A stretch of 64,000 nucleotides of DNA, from NCBI RefSeq assembly GCF_964355755.1, contig NC_092680.1:9424001-9488000 (forward strand). The letters are read 5' to 3'. Under the pieces are notes generated by a model, which saw nothing but the letters and a program-made list of their open reading frames with translations, had not been told where the DNA came from and made no database searches. A program made the position numbers and the translations under genes. Each line of letters opens with the position of its first letter. Position 1 is the first letter of the stretch. Source of the DNA: Antedon mediterranea (taxonomy: Eukaryota; Animalia; Echinodermata). Positions 40,001 through 48,859 of the stretch are shown one piece after another.

Positions 40001-41882
40001 GGTCAACGACGGCAAACAAACGAATACGACAGCGGTAAGATATGTTTATCTCCATCACCATGGTTATAACCAACAGTGCAATTTAAATTTTAAAACTACT
40101 GTGCCTTATATACGTGGCACAAGTAAAACATCACAGATTGTTGTAGTACTGTACATGGGACTTTTTTTTGTTGTGACAGGACAAATCCTAAGTTACAAAA
40201 CCCAACACCACCACAGATTTTGGCACATCTAGATGCTTTAAGGCAAGCAGCAGGAATCAGACAAACTATGTGTAAGTCTATAAATTATACAACATCCATG
40301 TTGTTTCAGCTTGTTTCCCACTTGGAATGCAACGTAAGCGAGTTGACTGGTGACAAACAACAGTTTGAATAATCCATAGCTTGTGATTTGTCTCGCATTG
40401 CTCTACGTACTTGTGTTATATCCTAGTGGGAATCAAGCATTGTAGTCTTGAGGTTTTTGGTGTGTAGCTTACGATATTGTACATTTACATATGAATAAAA
40501 TCTTATTCAGATATTTATCGCATTGCAATCAGTTGTAGCAACTGAAAATATCCGATCACATTTGAAAGTTAAATAAAATAAAAATCCATACCGCAAATGA
40601 TAAGGTTACAATCTTTATTACCATTAAGCAGAGTTCTTTATGATGCACATAAGACAGATGTGTGCACTGGACCTCCTTACCGTAGAAGACCTGTTCTACC
40701 ACCAGGACTATGGTCAAGGAGTCTCTTGAACATGTGCCGATATTATGACTGTTGTTAGAACTGCCCCTTGCATAACATTTTGAAATCTTGTAGTTTTTAG
40801 TCAAGAACCAGTATTACAAGGTCTCCAGCATATTCAGAAGGCATGTAGTGATGCACAGAAAACAAGGTATGTTGTGTACTAGATGGGATAAACATCTACA
40901 TATGATTCAGTTATATTTAATGTCACTGAACTATGCATTTATTCTGTTAACACATTTACATTCATGTAAATTCATATCATCTTTGTGACATTTAGTGGTT
41001 GCAGAAATCCCATAGTGAAGCCTTTCTATTCACATGCATATTTTCTCGGTATACTGGTTTGCTAGTCTGTGTACACACCACAATATTATTCATTTGTTTC
41101 CTTGGAATTTAGGTACAGTGATCTATTTGCTCTAGTAGACTTCATTGAAGATTCTAGTCGGTCAACGAGAAGTGGACGTGGTACACGTCGGTCACCTGGG
41201 TTTACGAGTCCAAAGAGTAAAAAACAAGTTTTGAATAATGAAAACTCATCATCAGAATCAGAAGAGGTAATCCGTCACTATCTTGTGACATTATCTATTT
41301 AATGCCAAACTAATAATATGTAAAAAAAAATTGTTAGCGTTCGTTTTAAGCAGGAGGAAGCATCTCAAATGACAGGTGTTGCTTAATGTCACTGTGATTT
41401 AATATTAAAAACACTAGTTAAACATTAATGTAGCAAACATCAAATACCCGTTTGGTGTGAAATCAAAATACCAAAGTTGAACAGCTGAATGCAGTCTGTT
41501 CTTTAAACTCTAGAAGCGTACTGTAGACACACCAGAGATCCAATGTGTAGGGTAGCGACTCTAAACTGTGGTGGTCAGGTCACCCCTGGGTTAAACATTT
41601 AGTGTATTTATTCCCTTTTGTTTTATTTAAAACTCTGGTATTGCAGGATTGATGTGAATGGGGTCTCTCTAAAGTTGTGGGTGTGATTGTGGAGTACGAG
41701 TGTTGTACTTGTATTATTAAGGAAGTATGTGATAAACCTGTATACCGAGTTGTTAAATGTGTACAGAAATTAATTAGTGATTTGCTTATAAGATTGTGTT
41801 TTATCAACAGGAAGAACAGACAAAACCAAAGCCAAAAAAAAGGAAGAAATCAGCAGCAGCAACAGGATCTGACAGTGATTGA
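19021..41882 (+). CDS. INTS3: Integrator complex subunit 3 (INTS3 / SOSS-A), complete, 31 coding exons, 1018 aa
   Basis: Exons join in frame (3057 nt) with GT-AG introns. Recognisable INTS3 peptides: [122 protein letters not shown] and C-terminal GSDSD*. Confidence 0.96.
19999..20082 (+). CDS. INTS3: INTS3 exon 2
   Basis: cag|[28 protein letters not shown]|gtaagt. Confidence 0.9.
20282..20365 (+). CDS. INTS3: INTS3 exon 3
   Basis: cag|[28 protein letters not shown]|gtaaat. Confidence 0.9.
20440..21485 (+). repeat. 26-bp minisatellite, ~40 copies, in INTS3 intron 3
   Basis: Unit CTGAAACAGATGAGATGAACTCACCC. Confidence 0.97.
21608..21806 (+). CDS. INTS3: INTS3 exon 4
   Basis: cag|[13 protein letters not shown]...SLIKQIA(G)|gtaaat. 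Confidence 0.92.
21905..22609. mobile_element. PIF/Harbinger-like non-autonomous element
   Basis: Imperfect TIRs ggtcgtgttcgtac / ctacgaacaggccc flanked by TAA on both sides. Confidence 0.65.
22723..22889. mobile_element. Tourist/Harbinger-like MITE
   Basis: Perfect TIR agctctgtctacactaac / gttagtgtagacagagct; TTA target duplication; internal ~21-bp tandem gtgatatgcccaaatatggta. Confidence 0.8.
22949..23015 (+). CDS. INTS3: INTS3 exon 5
   Basis: tag|[21 protein letters not shown]|gtaagt. Confidence 0.92.
23548..23689 (+). CDS. INTS3: INTS3 exon 6
   Basis: aag|SWLEKYP...[10 protein letters not shown]...[13 protein letters not shown]|gtaagc. Confidence 0.92.
24045..25720 (-). mobile_element. 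Composite of repeat fragments: inverted copies of the 38815-39280 sequence, interrupted by a repeat shared with 59450-59695
   Basis: 24050-24160 is the reverse complement of 39165-39275. 25500-25720 is the reverse complement of 38815-39060. 24765-25005 matches 59450-59683 directly. Confidence 0.6.
25809..25938 (+). CDS. INTS3: INTS3 exon 7
   Basis: aag|[43 protein letters not shown]|gtattt. Confidence 0.93.
26029..26262. mobile_element. MITE-like inverted repeat
   Basis: catgtcaaa...tagttactgcagtaa / ttactgcagtaactg...tttgacatg. Confidence 0.6.
26557..26654 (+). CDS. INTS3: INTS3 exon 8
   Basis: cag|[32 protein letters not shown]|gtattt. Confidence 0.93.
26741..26788 (+). CDS. INTS3: INTS3 exon 9
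   Basis: aag|[16 protein letters not shown]|gtatgt. Confidence 0.93.
27156..27885. mobile_element. Mutator (MULE)-like MITE with a 10-bp target-site duplication
   Basis: TIR gggtgtcacgaaa / tttcgtgacaccc with subterminal ctaagac repeats; TSD ctaatagcta at 27146-27155 and 27886-27895. Confidence 0.85.
28156..28517 (+). mobile_element. tRNA-derived SINE with a Deu/Nin-like central domain and poly(A) tail
   Basis: A box tggccgagcgg, B box ggttcgag, central ataaaccgtaggtcc...tttaaagaacc...gagtagggggttaccccggtg, ~20-nt A tail. Confidence 0.8.
29281..29424 (+). CDS. INTS3: INTS3 exon 10
   Basis: cag|[27 protein letters not shown]...WLLTTCT|gtgagt. Confidence 0.95.
29569..29656 (+). CDS. INTS3: INTS3 exon 11
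   Basis: cag|[29 protein letters not shown]|gtaaga. Confidence 0.93.
29852..29931 (+). CDS. INTS3: INTS3 exon 12
   Basis: tag|(E)[26 protein letters not shown]|gtaagt. Confidence 0.93.
30138..30229 (+). CDS. INTS3: INTS3 exon 13
   Basis: tag|[30 protein letters not shown]|gtaagt. Confidence 0.92.
30388..30749. mobile_element. MITE with ~100-bp TIRs in INTS3 intron 13
   Basis: attaatatgatagttcgttgagtgtaaaccagtataa / ttatactggtttacactcaacgaactatcatattaat. Confidence 0.8.
30870..30961 (+). CDS. INTS3: INTS3 exon 14
   Basis: tag|[30 protein letters not shown]|gtaaga. Confidence 0.92.
31376..31510 (+). CDS. INTS3: INTS3 exon 15 (acidic linker)
   Basis: tag|[11 protein letters not shown]...[12 protein letters not shown]|gttagt; phase fits. 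Confidence 0.82.
31835..31970 (+). CDS. INTS3: INTS3 exon 16
   Basis: cag|[44 protein letters not shown]|gtaatc. Confidence 0.85.
32085..32157 (+). mobile_element. tRNA-like sequence (SINE head or tRNA pseudogene) in INTS3 intron 16
   Basis: A box tggtctaatgg and B box ggttcgaatct. The acceptor and anticodon stems are imperfect, so it is not called as a functional tRNA. Confidence 0.6.
32698..32761 (+). CDS. INTS3: INTS3 exon 17
   Basis: cag|[21 protein letters not shown]|gtaagt. Confidence 0.87.
32983..33086 (+). CDS. INTS3: INTS3 exon 18
   Basis: tag|[34 protein letters not shown]|gtaaga. Confidence 0.88.
33315..33359 (+). CDS. INTS3: INTS3 exon 19
   Basis: cag|[14 protein letters not shown]|gtgagt. 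Confidence 0.88.
   Translation, partial: VNRRLNRKTNFCNF
33935..34533. mobile_element. TTAA-flanked TIR element (Kolobok-like), older copy
   Basis: Co-linear with 45353-45979; ttaa|agaccc...gggct|tt. Confidence 0.7.
34720..35940 (+). mobile_element. HINE/Helentron-like non-autonomous element
   Basis: 5' inverted pair ggttatcc...ggataacc and 3' end ...aaatctagtt; inverted copy at 59070-61282. Confidence 0.65.
35960..36079 (+). CDS. INTS3: INTS3 exon 20
   Basis: tag|[11 protein letters not shown]...[15 protein letters not shown]|gtatgt. Confidence 0.9.
36267..36363 (+). CDS. INTS3: INTS3 exon 21
   Basis: cag|[32 protein letters not shown]|gtaaga. Confidence 0.88.
36798..36857 (+). CDS. INTS3: INTS3 exon 22
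   Basis: tag|[20 protein letters not shown]|gtaagt. Confidence 0.9.
36980..37048 (+). CDS. INTS3: INTS3 exon 23
   Basis: cag|[23 protein letters not shown]|gtaagt. Confidence 0.9.
37245..37320 (+). CDS. INTS3: INTS3 exon 24
   Basis: cag|[25 protein letters not shown]|gtaagt. Confidence 0.9.
37611..37724 (+). CDS. INTS3: INTS3 exon 25
   Basis: cag|[37 protein letters not shown]|gtgtgt. Confidence 0.9.
37886..39361 (+). mobile_element. HINE/Helentron-like element filling INTS3 intron 25
   Basis: 5' subterminal inverted pair aggttatatgcat/atgcatataacct; 3' copy tgcatataaccta, then a hairpin aattcgtca-tag-tgacgaatt, then ctagtt. Confidence 0.75.
39385..39433 (+). CDS. INTS3: INTS3 exon 26
   Basis: aag|[15 protein letters not shown]|gtaagc. 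Confidence 0.9.
39466..39737 (+). mobile_element. tRNA-derived CORE-like SINE with a LINE-type (TAT)n tail
   Basis: A and B boxes (tggcgcagtg, ggttcgatt), ggcaagacacttt...ccacccagg...aaatgggt core, cagcgcattgag...tattattatt tail. Confidence 0.65.
39864..40034 (+). CDS. INTS3: INTS3 exon 27
   Basis: tag|[12 protein letters not shown]...[11 protein letters not shown]...NKRIRQ|gtaaga. Confidence 0.88.
40180..40271 (+). CDS. INTS3: INTS3 exon 28
   Basis: cag|[30 protein letters not shown]|gtaagt. Confidence 0.88.
40794..40866 (+). CDS. INTS3: INTS3 exon 29
   Basis: tag|[23 protein letters not shown]|gtatgt. Confidence 0.87.
41113..41266 (+). CDS. INTS3: INTS3 exon 30
   Basis: tag|[23 protein letters not shown]...SSSESEE|gtaatc. 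Confidence 0.9.
41811..41882 (+). CDS. INTS3: INTS3 exon 31 (last coding exon)
   Basis: cag|[23 protein letters not shown]. Confidence 0.9.
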   Translation, partial: EEQTKPKPKKRKKSAAATGSDSD

Positions 41883-44531
41883 AGCAGCATTTGAACACAG
41901 ACCTGGTATTATAAAAGAGTGAAATCAGTTATGAGAGAACATCCTGATGATTTTATGATAGCAGCCCGTTCCTCTGTTCAGAATGGCAGCCAATGCCTGT
42001 TTAAAATGGCAACCAGTGTTTCTGTTCAGAATAGTACTCGATGTCAATAGCCAGCCAGTGTATCTCTCATCAGAATGGCAGGCCAATGACTGTTCAGAAC
42101 AGTATCCATTTTCTCTACTCAGAATGGCCACTTTAATGATTCTTCCATGTTCCGTTGCCAGTTACAGTGGTGTCCCTCATCTCGGAACATTATTTTTAAA
42201 ATTTACAATATGATGCCTCTTCCCCAGAATTGGAAGTATATACTTTTGCTTAGAATACAGTTGTAGCCATGTAATATAAGTGTGCAGTTATGAAAGTGTA
42301 CAACAGAATGGACACTTAACACATGTAAAACAGATCCTGTGATAGGAATACTCTCTTCAGTTTCCACCTAAATTACCAATCTGCCATACCTCTACTACTC
42401 AGGGATCACCAACATATTTAAAATGACCCAGTCTTTTTGTTTGTAGATATCAATGTCCTTAGTGGCTACACTTTTGTTGCATATTACAAGATTTTACTTC
42501 TGTTTAAAAACAAACTTTTCCTTACCATATAGCCGGGAAACCAGTTTCTTTATTATCACTATATGGAAGTACACATCATCGTGTAAGGATTCAAAATGTC
42601 AACATTAATTATATCAGTGTTGGTCCTGTTTAGTCCTGAAATACTACTTTGAGAATTACTTTGTTTATGTGAAAAGTATTTTCTATTGTTTTCTGTGGAT
42701 GATCTTCTACATGAGTTGGGTGAAGCCTGGCTTGGGGTTGTAGTGTGACTGTAGCCTTACACCAGTCAACCTGCCAGTGGGATATTTGAATCTGCCTAGA
42801 CCACATTTTATTATGTCAATGTTTTAATACAAGAACTGTGATAAATTATGATAAATATGTACACGCCTTTATTAATTAATGAATATAATGAAGTAAATGA
42901 GTGAGATTTATATAGTAGTATTACTGTATAAACAGTTCTGAACATTGCATTAACATTAATACAGTTCTACGGTACAAGTATTATTTACTAAGCAGTTTGT
43001 GGCAAAACCATTTTTGTTTCACTACACTTTTGGACTACCTGTACATTAGAATTCCTTAAGAGGACCCAGTAAAGTGTCCCTTTAATATGTATGTGTTAGC
43101 CACAGAGTTAAACATATTGCCCTTTGTTTCACAAACTTGACAAAGGATAGGTTCTACTGTATATTGATATGGTATAATTACGAGTATTATTATTATAATA
43201 GAGAGAAAAAAGAATATAGTATTTCTGGAATAATCTTTACTTTTTAGTATACTAGTGGAATATATATTACATAGGATTAAATGAAATTAGGTTTTTTTCC
43301 TTGAAAATAGATACATTAACTGTTTTTCTAAACACTGTATATATTGTAAATAAAGTGTATTTTACTTATTTTGAAAATTAATTGTATTTTTTTTATGGAA
43401 AACCCTTTAAAATCACAGTTTTCTTGGTCACCACTATTATTTTATTGTTCCTAACTACCAGTGTAATGCAGAGCAGCGCGGATGTTTCAGCAAACAGCAA
43501 TAGAAACAAAACAAGTAGTAAGTTTGATATTTTCTTTATTTACACTTATTACTTCTGTTCACAAACCTCATTTTTACCCTCAAGTTCATATTGGTAAATC
43601 ATGTCCATTTATGAGGCATGGCATCACAAAATCAGCGTAGTGTTTTAGATCTTTATATATTCGTAATCTATATTTAATCAGCTTTACAATGAGGGGTTTA
43701 ATGAAGAGTTATTACTGAAAACATACGAGTCACCCTCTAGCTCAGGATCAATGCGACAAGACTCTCTGTCAAAACTCGATAACAGAAAACTAGTTGAAAA
43801 TATATCACTACGTGGTACATAATCTTATATATTTTTTGTAATTAAAAAAAAATATATGGATAAAAATAATGAATAAATTCCTAAATATTTACAAAATGGA
43901 AGCCATGCTGTTTCATTGTAAACAAAAGCGTCCGCCAATCAGAGAGCGTAATTTATCTTTATAGCCAATCACAGTCAAGGATTCACATATTATTCTTAGA
44001 AATTTTAGTAACCTAAAACCAATTTTCATTGGCTAGATTAGAAAAAATCCTTTAGGTTGTTGACAATTATAATAGCTGATATATTTTCAAATAAACAGGT
44101 ACTAAACATGACATGTTTCGGGTTAGCGGTTTGATTACAAAAGCACATAAAGAAAGTTGATTTTTTAGTAATAAATTTTCAATGGAAAAAAATAATTGCA
44201 AAATATGCATACTTGTGATATTTTTTCACGAACAAGAGTTTGATATGTTAGAGATAAGTGTTTATAGTATGGTTTTTTATTGAAATTTTAAAATTTATAG
44301 GTTAGGCTGTTTTTCACATTCTGAACTTCAAGCTAGTTGCAAGCGGGTTATGACTCTGCGCCGCTTTTGTGATGCCAGGCATCATATATTTATCCAAATT
44401 GCTAAGGATTGCATAATCAAATTCATTCACTATCCTTCTTAAAGGTGAAAATCCTGTTTTTCATCCACAAGAAAAAGAAAGAATGTTTTTTTTTCTGATG
44501 TTTTAATACATAATACTGAGCTTTATTTTTG

Positions 44532-44659
44532 TCAAGATGCAATTTCTGACTCTGTATTTTCTTCTTGTAAAGCTGCAGCAGCATTGAGTTGTTGTTGTTG
44601 TCTTGCTCTTCTTGCCAGCACTGTACTCATTGGATGCAATGGCAAGAAGCCAGAGTAAC
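44532..44659 (-). CDS. MRPS16: MRPS16 coding exon 2
   Basis: ttttacag|GTTACTCTGGC (G)YSGFLPLHPMSTVLARRARQQQQ...EIAS*. Confidence 0.9.
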
Positions 44660-47600
44660 CTGTAAAACATGATTCAATTAGAATTAAATATCAATCAGAT
44701 ACTTGAAACCAGGTAGTACAGGTAGTAGCTTCGGAAAACTGTGATCAATGTTCTAGGCTGCATTTGGTTGTTCAGGTCTATGGAATCACTTTTATTTTAT
44801 TTCAACTTTATTTATAGAGGGTATTAATGTTAGTTGATATTCAAGGGCCCTTTTAAGTTCCAACAAAATACATAAAAATGATAAATAACATTATGATAAA
44901 ATACATTATTTACAAATATGGGCTATAAAAATACAATTTAGTTTATGATATAGACCTAGTGATATTCAAAATATATAATAAGTCTAAATTTAAATGTTTC
45001 ATATTCGGAACAATCTAGTAGTACCAGTAGTAGAACTATTGTAGTAACCAAATAACTAGAAGCACTTCTAAAGCATTCAAGCTTCACTCTAGTCTTAGTA
45101 CATGGAGGTTCCCATTAGAAACACTCAGAATTTGAGAATTATGTAGTGCCTTGAATACGAGACAACCCACCTGGTATTAAGCGAAGTAAATAGAGTATTG
45201 GGTGACCCATAAAAGACTTATAACTTAACGATATAATGAAAGTAAAGTAATAGGAAATGTCAATGCTATTGACGTAATATACAGGCGTGATGTTATTAGC
45301 CAAGTTAAGAAAATAATGCAGGATAGCTCACACCTGATAATTATTTAGTTAAAGACCCCTTCCCTGCAATTTTGGACGTTTTTTGGAAAATAATACATAT
45401 ATATCACTTTAAAAACATTAAACCATGTCATTCCTTGTCTTAAATGTACGTTTTATGGTAAATTATGATAAAAAGTGAGAAACAATGCACTACCTAAGTA
45501 GCTCGCGGCGATCGACCTCTCGTGGACGGTCTTAGGCCTAGCCTAGCTAGGCTTAGTTTTGTAGGCCTAGCTGGTAAACATCGGTAACGTACGAACATCG
45601 TACGCGAGCTATATACCTAGCCTGACGTTGTATAGTTGCTGCATTAATTGTCTTTCTATTTTTGCCAGACTCCGTTGATACAAATTGGGGAAAACCCGGT
45701 ATTTTCGCTGAAAAGTTAGGAGTCTTCCATTTGTTTTGGCCTCACGATCGATCGAAAAGTGGGCGAATTACAGGTGAAAAACAAAAATATCAATCCGCGC
45801 GCAATGCATTTTGGGATTTATAGCGGGCCGCTATAATTATTAGAATCGGCTTATTTTTCACATTTTTAACCGTTTAAAGACGAAAAAAGTTATCGCAATA
45901 GGACCATATAGTATTATTTTTACATTAAATACAGTTTGTGATCTTAAATTAGATCTAAAAAGACGTAGGGAATGGGGCTTTAAGGTAAAACTCGAATTAA
46001 AATGCAATACTACTCGATGTAGGCAATCATTTGTCCACAACTCAATACACGTCTCCAACTCAAAATTTTAAAGATAGCTATGTAATTTTAACCCTCTTGT
46101 ATTTAACCATATCATTTTTCTAATATCTTTATTATATTGTTTTGATTTTTATTACTGCTATATTTTCTGGATGTGATGTAATTAATCATCAAGGAAAAAA
46201 CATTTCATGTTCGCCTTGCTGTGGTCATGACAATAAAGATTTATCTTATCTTAAGCCACTGAGGTGGCGTTAGACCAGTCTGTCGTTAATAAAATTAATA
46301 GTTAAGAGGTGATCCAGCTATAGCAGAGATGGACACAGCCCATACGACCGGTACAGCTTCTTCATTAAAAGTTGATGATTGACAATATCAAAAGCTAGCA
46401 AGCTATACAGTAGTAGCAGTAAGTGCAGTTGTTGTGGAGTGATGTTTCCAAAATCCTGTTTGGGATGGAGCAATAATGTTATGATTTATGATAATATTTG
46501 ACTATGGGCAGCCCTTTCAATTATTTTATACAAAACAGGCAGTACTGATACTAGATAGTGGGCGATAGTTATTAAGTATGCATTTCAGAATATGTCAATA
46601 TATGTGAATTTTATTCAATCAATCGTACATTTTTTTGGTATTATAACATTGGTAGAAAACCATAATACCATTTCAGACCACTATGAATGGGTACCACTTT
46701 TCCAACTTTAAAATCATGAGGGAATTTACCAGGAATAAGTAAAAGATTACAATTTTATATGAGTCAGATAAGGTGCAATAACCGGAGCAGCTGTCGGATT
46801 GGATGACAGTACAAGCCAAGGGAAGTTGCTCAAAGGAAAATGGATATCTGTTTCATTAAGAGTCTGGTCTAATTCTGATGATAAAATAATTATTAACTGC
46901 ACAGCATTAGTCCCACCTATGTGCGCAACTATGCATTTTAAGAAAATGGTTATTTTTTAATAAATTGCAAAAAAACAAAACTAAATGAGATAATTTAGTA
47001 ATTACTTTTGTGGTATGTGGAAAAGGTTGGTTGGGAGTTAAAAAAAAGCTAATTTGCATATTAATGACGTCATGTATTTTTGATTTCTTGTTTTTTTATC
47101 AATTCAATGATAAAACTACTTTTTCTATAAGAAATGCTTATGGAATATGGTTTTCCTACTGGATATTGATGAAGATATGTGTAACAAATAAAAATATCAA
47201 AAACATTTGAATTATTTTTATCGTTTTATAAAAAAATACCTCAAAGTTTGGGTCAAAATCGTACAAAAATTACATTTTCCAAAAAAATCACTGTTATAGA
47301 AAAACTAACAATTATTTCAGAATTTGTTTTGCGAAATATTATGAACATGATATTGCCCTATGGACGTGGGTTAAATTTGGTAACTAGAGGATGTTTTTGC
47401 ACCATTTTATAGCTAATAATACAACTTTCCAAGGTCAAAATAATTATAATTAAAAGGATGATACAGTACATGTAAAGAGGGTGCAAGTTGAAATAGAAAT
47501 TTCTAAACAATATTAATAAACTATAGAGGGTGCATGTTGTGCTGAAAATAGTTTTAATGGATTGCAAATATCTTCAAGTTCATCGAAAAAACTATAGAGG

Positions 47601-48013
47601 GTGCTACACTGTATTACATGCAAATACGATGTAATACCGGGTATATGCAGTTTAACGACCTTCGTTTATACCCAGTAATACATCGAAAGAGTTATATGCA
47701 GTGCCTTCAATTTTTTAGTCACTTTAGTTTTAAAAAAAAAAAGACAAAAAAACATACCTAGTAACGTGTAAACCGGTTTAGTAGGTTCAGCTCCTTTTGC
47801 TAACCAATACTTAAGTCTGTCAAAGTTAAAACTAACAAGTTTTTCATTGTGATTATTTGGCATTGGGTCATACGTTCCAAGCTGCTCGAAAAATGCTTCA
47901 CTATTTCTAGCTCTTCTGTTCAGAATTGCAACAATATGATAGAATGGTCGATTGGCACATCCATGCCTGGCAAGTCTTATCATCACTCGTGGATTTCTGT
48001 AGATCTTTGGCAT
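44532..48013 (-). CDS. MRPS16: 28S mitochondrial ribosomal protein S16 (bS16m), two coding exons (48013-47758, 44659-44532), 127 aa
   Basis: IRLARHGCANRPFYHIVA...EQLGTYDPMPNNHNEKLVSFNFDRLKYWLAKGAEPTKPVYTLL(G)|YSGFLPLHPMS...* is the S16 signature. Phase-1 GT-AG intron. A splice acceptor 17 nt upstream of the ATG implies a non-coding first exon. Confidence 0.94.
45353..45979. mobile_element. TTAA-flanked TIR element (Kolobok-like) in the MRPS16 intron
   Basis: ttaa|agaccccttccc ... gggaatggggct|ttaa; second copy at 33935-34533. Confidence 0.8.
45985..46720 (-). mobile_element. Decayed non-LTR retrotransposon (CR1/L2-like) remnant
   Basis: The minus strand near 46530-46575 reads N-Y-R-P...S-V-L-P, a relic of the RT NYRPISxL motif. 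Many stops; boundaries approximate. Confidence 0.4.
47758..48013 (-). CDS. MRPS16: MRPS16 coding exon 1
   Basis: ATG at 48013; donor gtatgt on the minus strand at 47757. Confidence 0.93.
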
Positions 48014-48859
48014 TATGCCTCAAGTTCTACCTAAATCAAATAAAACGGGCATGTGATTAGAAAATGGACAAAATGAAGTATACAGTATGATCAGAACTAC
48101 AGTAATTATTAATACTAGCAGTAACCTGCATAATACTAATTCACATGGGATGAGGCAGTATAATAATAAAAGTGCTGATAAAAAGTACAAATTATTATTT
48201 TTTTAATTGTCAAGAATAAAATTCGGCACTATTTACGGCCGTTGATTTTGTTACATGAAGTATTCCTTTACTTTGAAATATCTGTAAGCTCAAAAATGAA
48301 AGCAATACTGGATATGGGACTTTACAAAAATAAAAGACGCTAAAGAAAAATTGTGCTGTGTGAATATTGGGTGTGCATCAGAAAGTGACGTCAAGGTGGG
48401 CACTGGACGAGAGAAGCCCTTGATCAATGTTAGGACCAATCAAGGTGCTTTAAACAGTCCTGGCTTTGTTTGTATCAAACCTGTTAGTGGCGGTAATTAT
48501 TGCTGTTGGTTTCGATTAAATAAAATAAAATAAAAATAAAATATGTTGTCCCTCTGAAAAATATTTTTTATTCCAATTTTGTTTTTGAATGTGTCATTTT
48601 ATTGTCACATAATACTTATTCACGTTAACCAAACAATTATTTACCTTAAAAAAATGTAATTTAAAGAAAAAAATACTAAAATTGTCTGTCAGACAATGGT
48701 TTTTGGGTTATAATTAAATGTTTCTTTTCTCTTTTTATACGTAAATAAATATTATTTTTTTGTTACAAAGAATTCCCACTTTGATATGAAACAGACTCAA
48801 TTTCTGTCACTTTCACTTCCAAGCTCTGTTAGGTATCTGGTGGTAGTAGGACCGAAGGT

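Noticed and set aside
19099-41810. U12-type or GC-AG introns in INTS3
   Set aside because: All 30 inferred introns are GT-AG and none has the GTATCCTT minor-class donor.
43925-44040. CCAAT-box cluster as a promoter
   Set aside because: It lies between the convergent 3' ends of INTS3 and MRPS16 with no gene start nearby; probably a repeat fragment.
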